64,000 nucleotides of DNA from an uncultured cyanobacterium (GCA_963697335.1 CAVONQ010000003.1:60669-124668), one strand, 5' to 3'. Positions 10,829-23,890 are shown, counted from the first letter of the stretch. The notes: a model not told the origin generated them from the sequence alone. A program made the numbers and translations.

Positions 10829-12049
10829 TCAGCCGGGCTCCACCAGCCCCCGGGCAAGTCGGTCCTGCAGGGCGGCGATGATGCGGGCATTCGCCGCCGG
10901 GAAGGGAAAGTCCGCGAGCTGCTCCGGCCGCACCCAGCGCACCTGCTGGCTGGCCAGGGGCTGGGGCTCGCCGCTGCTCCAGCGGCAGAGGTGCACCACG
11001 AAGCGCAGCCGCTTGTGGCTGTAGGCGTGCTCGAGGCAGATCAGCTCCTCCCCCACCTGCACCTCGATGGCCAGTTCCTCGCGCAGTTCGCGGGCGATGG
11101 TGGCCGCAATCGCCTCGCCTGGCTCCTGCTTGCCACCGGGAAACTCCCACAGCCCCCCCAGCAGACCCTCCGGCAGGCGCTGATCGATCAGCACCCGGCC
11201 GTCGGCGTCGAGCACCACCCCCACCCCGATCACCTGGAAGGGCACGGTCTTGGCGACGTCCTTCACGGGGAAGCGGGCGGGATCGCCGGCAGCGTAGGCA
11301 GCGCAGTGGCCCTGCCAGGGGCAGACCCCGCAGCGCGGTTGGCGGGGGGTGCAGACGCTGGCGCCCAGGTCCATCAGGGCCTGGTTGAAGGCGCGGGGAT
11401 GGCGGCGATCCAGCAGGGTGTGGCTCAGCTGCCAGTACGCCGCCTGCTGGCGGGCCGGGGGCTGGGGGCAGGCCAGCAGCCGCGCCAGCAGCCTCCGCAC
11501 GTTGCCGTCCAGGATCGGGTGGGCCAGGTCGTAGGCCGAGGAGAGGATGCTGCCGGCGGTGCTGGGGCCCACCCCCGGCAGCGCCAGCCAACCCTCGAGC
11601 TGCCGCGGCCAGGGGTCCTGGGGGGCTTGCTGCTCAGGGCCCTGGCCAGGAGGGGCATGCGTCAACAGCTGCCTGGCTCCCTGAAGCAACCGCCGTGCCC
11701 GGACGTAATAGCCAAGGCCCTGCCAGAGCAACAGCACGCTCTGCTCCTCAGCGCCGGCCAGGGCCTCCAGGCTCGGGAAGGCCGCCATCCAGCGCTGCCA
11801 GTAGGGGAGCGCCACCTGCAGCTGGGTCTGCTGCAGCATGATCTCGGCCACCCAGATTCCCCAGGGATCGAGGGCCGCGCCGGGCTGGGGCGGGCTGCCA
11901 TCGGGGTGCAGCTTCCAGGGCAGCCCATGGCGACCCTCCAGACGCCACCAGGCCAGCAGACGGCTGCGCAGCGTCGGCGCCAGGCCGGTGAGCCGCTCCG
12001 TGGCCGCCTCCAGGCTCCACGCCACCGCTGAGTCCGAACCGGCCCGCAT
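10829..12049 (-). CDS. mutY: A/G-specific adenine glycosylase MutY with C-terminal MutT-like Nudix domain
   Basis: EIMLQQT, WQGLGYY, LPGVG HhH, DGNV, CxxxxxxCxxCxxxxxC Fe-S motif, Nudix box. Confidence 0.92.
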   Translation of the reverse strand: MRAGSDSAVAWSLEAATERLTGLAPTLRSRLLAWWRLEGRHGLPWKLHPDGSPPQPGAALDPWGIWVAEIMLQQTQLQVALPYWQRWMAAFPSLEALAGAEEQSVLLLWQGLGYYVRARRLLQGARQLLTHAPPGQGPEQQAPQDPWPRQLEGWLALPGVGPSTAGSILSSAYDLAHPILDGNVRRLLARLLACPQPPARQQAAYWQLSHTLLDRRHPRAFNQALMDLGASVCTPRQPRCGVCPWQGHCAAYAAGDPARFPVKDVAKTVPFQVIGVGVVLDADGRVLIDQRLPEGLLGGLWEFPGGKQEPGEAIAATIARELREELAIEVQVGEELICLEHAYSHKRLRFVVHLCRWSSGEPQPLASQQVRWVRPEQLADFPFPAANARIIAALQDRLARGLVEPG

Positions 12050-12063
12050 CCCCTGTTTCCCCC

Positions 12064-13140
12064 CTACCTCGCCTCCTGGGAACTGGAGACGGACACCTCC
12101 CGGTAGCGCTCAGGGTCGGCCAGCAGCCTGGCCAGATCCGGCACCACCGCCAGGGTTTCTCCAGTGCGCTGGCGCAGCAGCCGGGAGTGGTAAGCGCCGG
12201 GCTCCACGCCCTGGCGGCGCCAGCGCAGCACCTGCCAGTCGAGGCCCAGCAGGCGATAGAGCAGGGCCTGCAGGCGCAGGGCCGGGGTCAGCTCGGCAGG
12301 CCGCTCACGGCGGCCCATGGGGCGGCCTAGTTGGGCGGCGGTCTGGCGCAGCTTGCGGGGAAGGCGCTGACGCAACCGCTCGGGGCTGAGCGATTCGAAC
12401 AGGCGGATCAGCCGCTGGTGCTCCGGGGTAAAGACGTTGTAGCGGTGGCGGCTGCCGCGGTGGTTGTGGGTCACCACCCGGATGCCGGCCAGGTCTGGGC
12501 TGAAGACGAAGCGGCCGCCCAGGCGCCAGGCCCGCAGCAGCCAGTCGCGCAGGGAGGTCCGCCACAGGCGGCTGGAATGGATCCAGGGGCCGACCCGGCG
12601 GGCGTAGGCCGTGCGCACCAGCCAGAAGCTGCTGGGGTCGTAGTAGAGGTCTTCGGGGCGCAGCAGCAGCCGCAGATCCCTGAGGTCGGGGCCGATCGTG
12701 AGCCGCTTCATGAATACCGGCCGAATCGAACCATCGGGCTCTTCGTGACAGGTCGCCAGCTTCAGGGCCGGCGCCAGCAGCAGGTCAGCGCCGCTCAGGG
12801 CGAGCCGCTGCAGGCCCAGCTCCAGGTGATCCGGCAGCAGCAGGTCGTCGTGGTTGAGAAAACACACCACCGGCGCCCTGGCGAGGGCCAGCCCGAAGGA
12901 GTTGGGGCCAGACTGCTCCCCGAAGCGCTCGCCCAGGTTGTAGTAGCGCACGCGGGGATCGGCCAGGGCCGCAAGCATGGCGCCCGTGTCCGGCGCGCAG
13001 CAGTCGCCCACCACCAGGGCCTCCCAGTCAGCACAGGTCTGCAGCTGCAGCGCCCGCAGGGTGCTGCGCAGGGCCTCCACCCGTTTGTAGGTGGCGATCA
13101 CAAAGCTGACGCGGGCGGCGGGGGGCAGCACGGCGCTCAC
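12064..13140 (-). CDS. Glycosyltransferase family 2
   Basis: VSFVIATYKR, WEALVVGD, FLNHDD (DxD-like); GTG start overlaps the upstream stop. Confidence 0.85.
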   Translation of the reverse strand: MSAVLPPAARVSFVIATYKRVEALRSTLRALQLQTCADWEALVVGDCCAPDTGAMLAALADPRVRYYNLGERFGEQSGPNSFGLALARAPVVCFLNHDDLLLPDHLELGLQRLALSGADLLLAPALKLATCHEEPDGSIRPVFMKRLTIGPDLRDLRLLLRPEDLYYDPSSFWLVRTAYARRVGPWIHSSRLWRTSLRDWLLRAWRLGGRFVFSPDLAGIRVVTHNHRGSRHRYNVFTPEHQRLIRLFESLSPERLRQRLPRKLRQTAAQLGRPMGRRERPAELTPALRLQALLYRLLGLDWQVLRWRRQGVEPGAYHSRLLRQRTGETLAVVPDLARLLADPERYREVSVSSSQEAR

Positions 13141-14489
13141 AGGTAAGCCAGGAGCATTGAGATCAGGCTGCGTGCCTCATTGGAGAACACGCCCTGGCGT
13201 TTGAGCAGCCGCTCGATCTGGCCGAGGGTCATCCAGCGCAGCGCTGGCGAGCTGGGCAGCGCATCGGCCTCCGCCATCAGGGCGATGCTGTAGCGGGCCA
13301 CGGAGCGGTAGAAGCGCCCCCCCTCATCGGAATGAAGGCTGCTGAGCACGGGGGTGGCCCGCCCGCACAGCTCTGCCAGCAGAAGCTCCTCGGCATCCAG
13401 CTCCGGCACGGGAGAGGGGGCGCCGCCGGCATCCTGCAGGGCCGGGCCGTACTGAAACCTCTCCCGGAAGCCGATCTCGGCGCGGGCGCGGAACAGCAGG
13501 TGCAGCACCCCGTTGAAGCGGCTGCCCAGCAGCACCGCCGTGCCCTGACGCTCCTGGGCCACGATCGGCTGATCCCAGCTCTGCACTTCACGTTCGCTGG
13601 AGCGTACCGCCACCTGGCGGACATCGAAGCTGCCCGCCGGCCCCAGCAGGCGCGGCTGGCGGCCCTCCAGCCAGTCCAGCTCCCCATCCAGCGACACGGT
13701 GCGCACCTGAAAGGGGTGGCTCTGGCGTAGCTGCTCCAGGGCCGCCAGGATCTCTGCCTCGCTGCTCAGCGCCTCGCTGGGCGGGGCGGCGTAGGAGCGC
13801 AGCAGACTCTCACCGATCCCCCCCTGGCCGTGCCAGCGACTGAAGGGCACCGCCCCGCCGGCCAGCAGCGACCAGTCCGAACTGGCCAGCACCGAGCGGG
13901 CATCGGTGTTGATCTGGAAGTCGGTGCCCAGAAGGGCACACACCTCGGGCAGCGGGGCCCAGCGATAGCCCTCCGCCGTGTCGAGGGCCAGCTCCGCTGG
14001 CACCTCCACGGTCATGTTGCGGTTGTACTTGCCCAGGAAGCGGGTGCCCTGCTCCGACTGAAGGCTGTCGGCATGCACCCGGGCGGCCGGATGGCCGGTG
14101 AAGAAGTCGAGAAACGGGGTGGCCTTGCCGTGGTGCAGGCGCTGGTAGTTGCTGCGGGTGGCCTGCACCGAGGGAGCGGCCTGGCAGAGGCCGATGTTGC
14201 CTGGTTCGGGCTTGGCCTGGATCAGCAGATGGGGCACACCACCCCGGCGCTGCAGCAGAAAGCCGAGGATGCCGATCTCAGGCTGGTTGATCAGGGGCTG
14301 GCGCAGGGTGACGCTGGACGCGTTCTCGGCCTCCACCGCCACGATGCTGAAGAAGCCGCCGGAGTGGTGCTGCAGGGCGCCGTCGCTGTAGTGCCACTCC
14401 CGCGAGTGCCGCCAAGGAATCTCCTCCACATGCATGTCGCAGGTCTGGCGGCGATGGTCCAACCAGGACAGCAGCGACTCAGGCGGCAT
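13137..14489 (-). CDS. NDP-hexose 2,3-dehydratase family protein (EvaA/OleV-like, PF03559)
   Basis: Two repeated halves: HHSGGFFSI, QPLINQPEIGILG, LIQAKPEPGN, PSVQATRSNY, QSEQGTRF; then WDQPIV, HSDEGGRFY, EARSL. Confidence 0.9.
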   Translation of the reverse strand: MPPESLLSWLDHRRQTCDMHVEEIPWRHSREWHYSDGALQHHSGGFFSIVAVEAENASSVTLRQPLINQPEIGILGFLLQRRGGVPHLLIQAKPEPGNIGLCQAAPSVQATRSNYQRLHHGKATPFLDFFTGHPAARVHADSLQSEQGTRFLGKYNRNMTVEVPAELALDTAEGYRWAPLPEVCALLGTDFQINTDARSVLASSDWSLLAGGAVPFSRWHGQGGIGESLLRSYAAPPSEALSSEAEILAALEQLRQSHPFQVRTVSLDGELDWLEGRQPRLLGPAGSFDVRQVAVRSSEREVQSWDQPIVAQERQGTAVLLGSRFNGVLHLLFRARAEIGFRERFQYGPALQDAGGAPSPVPELDAEELLLAELCGRATPVLSSLHSDEGGRFYRSVARYSIALMAEADALPSSPALRWMTLGQIERLLKRQGVFSNEARSLISMLLAYL

Positions 14490-14558
14490 GGGCAGGAATG
14501 GGGAGCAGGGGGCCGCAGGGCTTTGCGAGGGGACGCTAATCCTGCCCCCGTCTCGCCC

Positions 14559-15599
14559 TCAGCTCGCCACGTAGGCCTCCACGGCGCTGCCGAGGCGGCG
14601 CAGGCCAGCCAGCCCGTCCCGCTCCAGGTTGCGCACCCGGTCACGGCTGATGCCCAGCACCCGACCGATCCCGGTGAGGCTCATCGGTTCGGCCACGTCG
14701 GCCGACTCGGGATCGATGCCGTAGCGCATCTTCAGCACCCGCCCCTGCAGTTCCGGCAGCTGCTCCAGCAGCGCCCGCAGGTCCCCCTTCAGGCACTCCC
14801 CGTCCACCCGGTCCTCCGGCAGCTCACCGTCCCCGGCCAGCAGGTCCAGCAGCTCCGTGTCCTCGCCATCCCCCACCTTCGTCTCCAGACTCACCGGCTG
14901 CCGCGCCCGGCACAGCAGATCCTTCACCTCCTCCTCCGGCAGCTCCACAAACACCGCCAGCTCGCTCACCGTGGGCGTGCGGCCCAGCTCCTGGCTCAGT
15001 TCCCGCTGGCCCTTCTTCAGCTTGTTCAGTGTTTCGGTGATATGGATCGGCAGCCGGATCGTGCGGCTCTTCTCCGCGATCGCCCGCGTGATCCCCTGGC
15101 GGATCCACCAGTACGCATACGTACTGAACTTGTAGCCCCGCGTCGGGTCGAACTTCTCCACACCCCGCACCAGGCCGATCGTGCCCTCCTGGATCAGGTC
15201 CAGCAGTTCCATGTTCCGCTTGGTGTACTTCTTCGCCACGCTCACCACCAGCCGCAGGTTCGCCGCCACCATCCGCTCCTTCGCCCGACGGCCCGCCTGC
15301 AGACGCTTCTTCAGCACCGGCACGCTCAGGCCCGCCGCCGACGCCAGCTCCACCTGCTCCGGCGCCGTGCCGCCGGCACGCATCGTCAGCTCCTGCTCAA
15401 TCTCCTCCAGAGCCATCAGCTCCTGCACCTGGCGGCCCAGGGTGATCTCCTGCTCATGGCTCAGCAACGGCACCCGGCCGATGTCACGCAGGTAGCTGCG
15501 CACCAGGTCCCCATCCACAGCGGGCATGGAGCGGGCTGGGCGCTCGGAGCGCTGGGCGCGGGGGGCGGTGATGGGGGTAGGGGCAATGGCGATGGTCAT
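14559..15599 (-). CDS. Group 2 RpoD/SigA-family sigma factor
   Basis: [53 protein letters not shown]. Confidence 0.95.
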   Translation of the reverse strand: MTIAIAPTPITAPRAQRSERPARSMPAVDGDLVRSYLRDIGRVPLLSHEQEITLGRQVQELMALEEIEQELTMRAGGTAPEQVELASAAGLSVPVLKKRLQAGRRAKERMVAANLRLVVSVAKKYTKRNMELLDLIQEGTIGLVRGVEKFDPTRGYKFSTYAYWWIRQGITRAIAEKSRTIRLPIHITETLNKLKKGQRELSQELGRTPTVSELAVFVELPEEEVKDLLCRARQPVSLETKVGDGEDTELLDLLAGDGELPEDRVDGECLKGDLRALLEQLPELQGRVLKMRYGIDPESADVAEPMSLTGIGRVLGISRDRVRNLERDGLAGLRRLGSAVEAYVAS

Positions 15600-15685
15600 G
15601 CTTCAGGCCCTTGAACTTTGGTTAAGCCTAACCTAAAGAAGTGTGAACGCTCTCTCATCTAGGTCCCAAGGCCGGCCCCGGGCCT

Positions 15686-17098
15686 TCAGCCCATGCCGAA
15701 GTGGCCGATCAGCCAGCCCGCCGTGCTCAGGTAAATGAACACCCCGGCCACGTCGGTGGCGGTGGTGATGAACGGCGCCGACATCAGCGCCGGATCCAGC
15801 TTGAGGCGATCGAAGAGCAGCGGCAGCGCCGCCCCTGCCGTGGCCGCCAGGGTGGTGATCGCCAGCAGACTGATCCCCACCGAGAGGCCCACCAGGGGGC
15901 CTTCGCCGCGCCACCAGGCCCAGGGCACCACCACCACCAGCATCAGCAGGCCCAGCAGGGCGCCGGCCACCGCCTCCCGCGCGATCGTGCGCCAGGCCCC
16001 CAGCGCCTGGATCCGCTGGGTGCTGAGGCCGCGGATCACCACGGTGGAGCTCTGGGCGCCGACGTTGCCGCCCGTGCCGATCAGCAGCGGAATGAAGGCC
16101 GCCAGCAGCACCACCTGGTTGAGCACCTCGCCCTGCAGGGCGATCACCTCGGATGTGAAGCCGTTGGCCACCACCAGCACCGAGAGCCACACCACCCGGC
16201 GCCGCGCCACGGTGAACAGGTTGCTCTGGAAATAGTCGTCCTCATCACCGGCCTGCACGGCGCCGGCGGCGTAGAGGTCGCGGGTGGCCTCCTGCTCGAT
16301 CACGTCGATCACGTCGTCCACCGTGACGATCCCCACCAGCCGCTCCTCCCGATCCACCACGGGCACGGCCAGGAAGTCGTAGCGCTGGATGGCGCGGGCC
16401 ACCTCCTCCTGGTCGGTCTCGGTGGACACGCTCACCACCTCCCGGGTCATGACATCGCCGATGCGGTCCTGGGGGTCGGCCACCACCAGATCCCGCAGCG
16501 ACAGGATGCCGGTGAGGTGGCGGGAGCCGTCGGTCACATAGAGGGAATAGATGGTCTCGGTGTCGCGGGCCCGCCGACGCACCAGGTCCAGGGCCTGGGC
16601 CGCGCTGTGGAACTCCTTCAGATCGATGAATTCCGTGGTCATCAGGCGCCCCGCCGTCTCTGCCGCGTAGCCCAGCAACTGGGCCGTGACGCGCCGCTCC
16701 GCCGGGCTCAGCTCCGCCAGCAGCCGGCGCACCACCTTGGCCGGCAACTCGTCGAACAGCCGCACCCGGTCGTCCGGCGACATGCTCTCCACCAGCTCCA
16801 GCACCTCGCCGGAGCGCAGCCGGTCCAGCAGGCTCTGCTGCACGGCACCGTCGAGGTATTCGTACACCTCGATCGCCTCGTCCTTGGGCAGCAGCCGGAA
16901 GGCCAGGGCCTGCAGGGTGCGCGGCAGGGTGCCGATCGCCTCGGCGATGTCCACCTCCTGCACGGGCTGCAGCAGCAGCTTGGCGCCGTCGTAGTTGCCG
17001 GCCTCCAGCAGGGTGGCCAACTGCCGGGACACCACCTCGGCCACCATGACGCGGCCGCCGCCCGCCAGCTCCTGGTTCGGGGCCTTCGCCTCGCTCAT
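15686..17098 (-). CDS. mgtE: Magnesium transporter MgtE
   Basis: AGRLMTTE, CBS pair, GTGGNVGAQ, DPALMSAPFITT..D. Confidence 0.96.
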   Translation of the reverse strand: MSEAKAPNQELAGGGRVMVAEVVSRQLATLLEAGNYDGAKLLLQPVQEVDIAEAIGTLPRTLQALAFRLLPKDEAIEVYEYLDGAVQQSLLDRLRSGEVLELVESMSPDDRVRLFDELPAKVVRRLLAELSPAERRVTAQLLGYAAETAGRLMTTEFIDLKEFHSAAQALDLVRRRARDTETIYSLYVTDGSRHLTGILSLRDLVVADPQDRIGDVMTREVVSVSTETDQEEVARAIQRYDFLAVPVVDREERLVGIVTVDDVIDVIEQEATRDLYAAGAVQAGDEDDYFQSNLFTVARRRVVWLSVLVVANGFTSEVIALQGEVLNQVVLLAAFIPLLIGTGGNVGAQSSTVVIRGLSTQRIQALGAWRTIAREAVAGALLGLLMLVVVVPWAWWRGEGPLVGLSVGISLLAITTLAATAGAALPLLFDRLKLDPALMSAPFITTATDVAGVFIYLSTAGWLIGHFGMG

Positions 17099-17182
17099 CG
17101 GCTCGCAGCCCAGGAACAGGAAGTTTATGGGCCGGGGCCCGGGGGCCAGTCGCTAGGGTCCGGCTCCCGAACTCGAGCCTGC

Positions 17183-17653
17183 ATGACCGTGAACGTGAGC
17201 AATGTGGTGGTGCGGGATGCCGCCGGCGGCCAGCGTCGCCTGGGCGAGTGGGGCGGCCAGGTGCTGCTGATCGTGAACCTGGCCAGCCGCTGTGGCTTCA
17301 CCCGCCAGTACGCCGGGCTCCAGAAGCTGCACGAGACCTACGGCCCCAAAGGCCTGGCGGTGCTCGGCTTCCCCTGCAACGACTTCGGGGCCCAGGAGCC
17401 CGGCAGCCTGGAGGAGATCCAGCAGTTCTGCTCCAGCACCTACGGCGCCGAGTTCACCCTGTTCGACAAGGTGGCGATGGCGGAAGACCCCTACACCACC
17501 CTCACCCAGGCGGAGCCGAGCGGGCCGGTGGCCTGGAACTTCGAGAAGTTCCTGGTGGGCAAGGACGGCACGGTGCTGGCCCGGTTCAAGAGCGGCGTGG
17601 AGCCCGAGGCCGGTGAGCTGACCGCCGCCATCGAGGCGGCCCTGGCTGCCTGA
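17183..17653 (+). CDS. gpx: Glutathione peroxidase family protein
   Basis: VNLASRCGFT, LGFPCNDFGAQEPG, WNFEKFL. Confidence 0.95.
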   Translation: MTVNVSNVVVRDAAGGQRRLGEWGGQVLLIVNLASRCGFTRQYAGLQKLHETYGPKGLAVLGFPCNDFGAQEPGSLEEIQQFCSSTYGAEFTLFDKVAMAEDPYTTLTQAEPSGPVAWNFEKFLVGKDGTVLARFKSGVEPEAGELTAAIEAALAA

Positions 17654-17983
17654 TCAGCCCGGCAGCCAGCCCCGGCGCTGCCCGCCTGGGCTGGCCAGCT
17701 CCACCTGCAGCCAGCGCTGACCATCTGGGCGCGACCAGACGCGCAGCAGCCTCAGCGGCTCGCCGACCGCCGCAGCGGTGATCGTGGGGGCCTGGCGCTC
17801 GGGGGCGCAGCGCAGCGCCAGGGGCACGGGGCTGAGCAGGGGCTCGCGGCTGCTCTGGCGTCGACGCAGCTCCGGCATGCGCCAGTCGGCGCCCCCGGCC
17901 GGCAGGCCAGCGGGCACCAACAGAGCGAACCCCAGCAGGGCCGCCCAGCGCCACGGTGTGAGCAACGGTGCGACGGGACCCAT
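17654..17983 (-). CDS. Putative SH3-like domain protein
   Basis: Hydrophobic N-terminus, LPAGGA, LRCAP..GEPLRLLR.W...WLQVE...RRGWL; downstream of gyrB. Confidence 0.65.
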   Translation of the reverse strand: MGPVAPLLTPWRWAALLGFALLVPAGLPAGGADWRMPELRRRQSSREPLLSPVPLALRCAPERQAPTITAAAVGEPLRLLRVWSRPDGQRWLQVELASPGGQRRGWLPG

Positions 17984-21062
<3,079 letters not shown>

Positions 21063-21136
21063 AAGGTGTGCTTGTGAGGGGCTGCTAGCGCCCTGCACCC
21101 GTCAGACCCTCACCCCCCAGATCCTCACCCCACTGA

Positions 21137-21766
21137 ATGCCCCGTCCCCGTTTTGACCGCCGTGCTCCCGTTCGGGAGCTGCCCAACATCAATGAGCGCA
21201 TCAACTACCCCCAGCTCAGGGTGGTCGACGCCGACGGCAGTCAACTGGGAGTGATCACCCGCGAGGCGGCCCTGGATGTGGCCAAGGACCGTGAACTCGA
21301 TCTGGTGCTGGTGAGCGAGAAGGCCGATCCGCCCGTGTGCCGGATCATGGATTACGGCAAGTACAAGTTCGAGCAGGAAAAGAAAGCCAAGGAAGCCAAG
21401 AAGAAGTCGCATCAGACGGAAGTCAAAGAAGTCAAGATGCGCTACAAAATCGATCAGCATGACTACGACGTGCGCATTGGCCAGGCTTCCCGCTTTCTCA
21501 AGGCCGGCGACAAGGTGAAGTGCACCGTGATCTTCCGCGGTCGCGAGATTCAGCACACCGCCCTGGCCGAGGTGTTGCTGCACCGCATGGCCCGCGATCT
21601 GGAGACGGCGGCCGAAATCCAGCAGCCCCCCAAGCGGGAAGGTCGCAACATGATCATGTTTCTCACCCCCCGCAAGGCGACGGTGCCCAAGGCCGGCTCG
21701 GCCTCGGCTGCGGCCAAGCCCGCCACTCCAAGCCCGTTCCCGTCAAGGCGGCCCCTCGGGTGGTGA
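21137..21766 (+). CDS. infC: Translation initiation factor IF-3 (tail possibly frameshifted; alternative end 21858)
   Basis: [37 protein letters not shown]. Confidence 0.97.
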   Translation: MPRPRFDRRAPVRELPNINERINYPQLRVVDADGSQLGVITREAALDVAKDRELDLVLVSEKADPPVCRIMDYGKYKFEQEKKAKEAKKKSHQTEVKEVKMRYKIDQHDYDVRIGQASRFLKAGDKVKCTVIFRGREIQHTALAEVLLHRMARDLETAAEIQQPPKREGRNMIMFLTPRKATVPKAGSASAAAKPATPSPFPSRRPLGW

Positions 21767-21892
21767 CCAGAACCGCCGAGTCCAGAAGCGTCGAAGCCTC
21801 GGCCAGCGAATCCAGCCCGGCGGCACCCCGTCCGGTCGATCCCAGCCCGGCCGGATGATCTGCTGAGGCCTCTGGAGCTCTCCCGCAGCAGC

Positions 21893-22663
21893 TCAGCCCA
21901 GGCGACGGGCGAACAGCTCCAGCATCAGCCGCCAACCCTCGGCGGCCGCCGCGGGGTTGTGGTCGGCCCGCTGCTCGCACATGTAGCCATGGCCCGCGCC
22001 GGGGGCCAGCACCAGCCGGCGCAGGCGAGCCGGGTCGCGGCGGCTGTCGGCCGCGAGGGCGGCGGCGATGGCCTGCCGCTCCGGCTCAGGCATCAGGGGA
22101 TCCTCAGCCCCGCAGAGGCAGAGCAGATCCCCGGGAATCCCAGGCAGCTGCTCCAGGGTGGGCGGGCCACCGCCTGGACGGAACACCGACACCCGGGCGC
22201 CATAGAAGTCGCAGGTGGCGGCCACCCCCTCCAGGCCGGCCACCAGCAGGGCCAGATGGCCGCCGAAACAGAAGCCCACACAGCCCACGGCACGGCCCTC
22301 CAACCCGGGCTGGCCCTGCAGCCAGGCGACGGCGCGGCGGGCGTCTTCGAGGCAGCCGGCGGCCGTCACCCGGTCGCGGTGCCGGCGGCCGAGCTCCAGG
22401 CCTGCGGCGTCGTAGCCCACCTCGAACTGCGGAGCGGTGCGGGCAAAGATCGGCAGGGCCAGGGCCCCATAGCCCTCGGCCGCCAGACGGTCGGCCACGC
22501 TGCGCACCCAGGCGTTGACACCGAACACCTCCGGCAGCACCAGCACGGCGGCCCGGGGGGCGCCGCTGGCCGGCCGCGACCACCAGCAGCGCAGGGGCGG
22601 CTGATCCTGGCCCGGCAGCTGCTGCCAGGCCGAGAGCACCGGGCGGGAGGCGGAATCAGCCAT
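21893..22663 (-). CDS. Dienelactone hydrolase family protein
   Basis: LPEVFGVN, GFCFGG nucleophile motif, D, HGYM. Confidence 0.92.
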   Translation of the reverse strand: MADSASRPVLSAWQQLPGQDQPPLRCWWSRPASGAPRAAVLVLPEVFGVNAWVRSVADRLAAEGYGALALPIFARTAPQFEVGYDAAGLELGRRHRDRVTAAGCLEDARRAVAWLQGQPGLEGRAVGCVGFCFGGHLALLVAGLEGVAATCDFYGARVSVFRPGGGPPTLEQLPGIPGDLLCLCGAEDPLMPEPERQAIAAALAADSRRDPARLRRLVLAPGAGHGYMCEQRADHNPAAAAEGWRLMLELFARRLG

Positions 22664-22788
22664 CGGCAAAGGGGCAGCTCGGGGGGATTCTGGCCACGAA
22701 CCGGCACAGCTCCGTATGCCAACGGGGGGATTGTCCGCAGGGCGCAGGCTCCGTAAGGTGAGTTCCTGCTCCCCTGGCCCACTCCTGC

Positions 22789-23778
22789 GTGCGATTTCAC
22801 ATCCAACAGGAAAGCGATATCCCGGCGTCGACCCAGCTGTACAACCAGATCTGCTTCGCGATCGCGGCGCGTCACTACCCGCCAGGCCACCGCTTGCCCA
22901 GCACGCGCCAGCTGGCCATGCAGACCGGCCTGCACCGCAACACGATCAGCAAGGTGTACCGGCAGCTGGAAACCGACGGCGTGGTGGAAGCCATGGCGGG
23001 CTCCGGCATCTACGTGCGCGACCAGCAGAAGCCCCGCGAAATCAAGCCGCCGCCCGGCCCCCGCAGCCGGGCCCTGCCGGATGCGGAACGCCAGGTGCGC
23101 GAGAGCATTGACGGCCTGCTGAACGGGGGCTGCACCCTGCAGCAGGCCCGCGACCTGCTCACCCGGGAGATCGACTGGCGGCTGCGCTGTGGTGCCCGGG
23201 TGTTGGTGAGCACGCCGCGGGAAGACATCGGCGCCTCCCTGCTGATCGCCGAGGAGCTGGTGCCCAACCTCGAGGTGCCGGTGGAAGTGGTGCCGATGGA
23301 GGAGCTCGAGGGGGTGCTGGAAACCTCCAACAACGGCACGGTGGTGACCAGCCGCTACTTCCTGCAGCCGGTGGAGGCGATCGCCAAGCGCCATGGGGTG
23401 CGGGCGGTGCCGGTGGATCTCAACGACTTCCACCAGGAGCTCAACCTGCTCAAGGAGCTGCGGGCCGGCAGCTGCGTCGGCCTGGTGAGCATCAGTCCTG
23501 GAGTGCTGCGGGCCGCCGAGGTGATCCTGCACAGCCTGCGGGGCAACGAGCTGCTGGTGATGACCGCCAATCCCGACACCGGCAGCCGGCTGCTGGCGTT
23601 GCTGCGGGCGGCGGGCCATGTGCTCTGCGACCGGCCCAGCCTGCCGCTGGTGGAGCAGAGCCTGCGCCAGAACCGCTCCCAGCTGATGCGCATGCCCGTG
23701 GTGCACTGCGCCCAGAGCTACCTCGGTGGTGCCACCATCGACCAGCTGCGCAAAGAAATCGGCGTGCTGGCCGCCTGA
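22789..23778 (+). CDS. plmA: GntR-family regulator PlmA
   Basis: MRFHIQQESDIPASTQLYNQI, LPSTRQLA..TGLHRNTISKVY; 329 aa. Confidence 0.88.
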   Translation: MRFHIQQESDIPASTQLYNQICFAIAARHYPPGHRLPSTRQLAMQTGLHRNTISKVYRQLETDGVVEAMAGSGIYVRDQQKPREIKPPPGPRSRALPDAERQVRESIDGLLNGGCTLQQARDLLTREIDWRLRCGARVLVSTPREDIGASLLIAEELVPNLEVPVEVVPMEELEGVLETSNNGTVVTSRYFLQPVEAIAKRHGVRAVPVDLNDFHQELNLLKELRAGSCVGLVSISPGVLRAAEVILHSLRGNELLVMTANPDTGSRLLALLRAAGHVLCDRPSLPLVEQSLRQNRSQLMRMPVVHCAQSYLGGATIDQLRKEIGVLAA

Positions 23779-23818
23779 GCCTCGGGGCTTCCAGCGGCCT
23801 TGAGCCGGGGGGCTGAAA

Positions 23819-23890
23819 AGCGGATGAAGAGATTCGAACTCTCGACCCTCTCCTTGGCAAGGAGATGCTCTACCACTGAGCTACATCCGC
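23819..23890 (-). tRNA. tRNA-Gly (anticodon GCC)
   Basis: GCGGATGTAGCTCAGTGGTAGAGCATCTCCTTGCCAAGGAGAGGGTCGAGAGTTCGAATCTCTTCATCCGCT cloverleaf. Confidence 0.98.
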
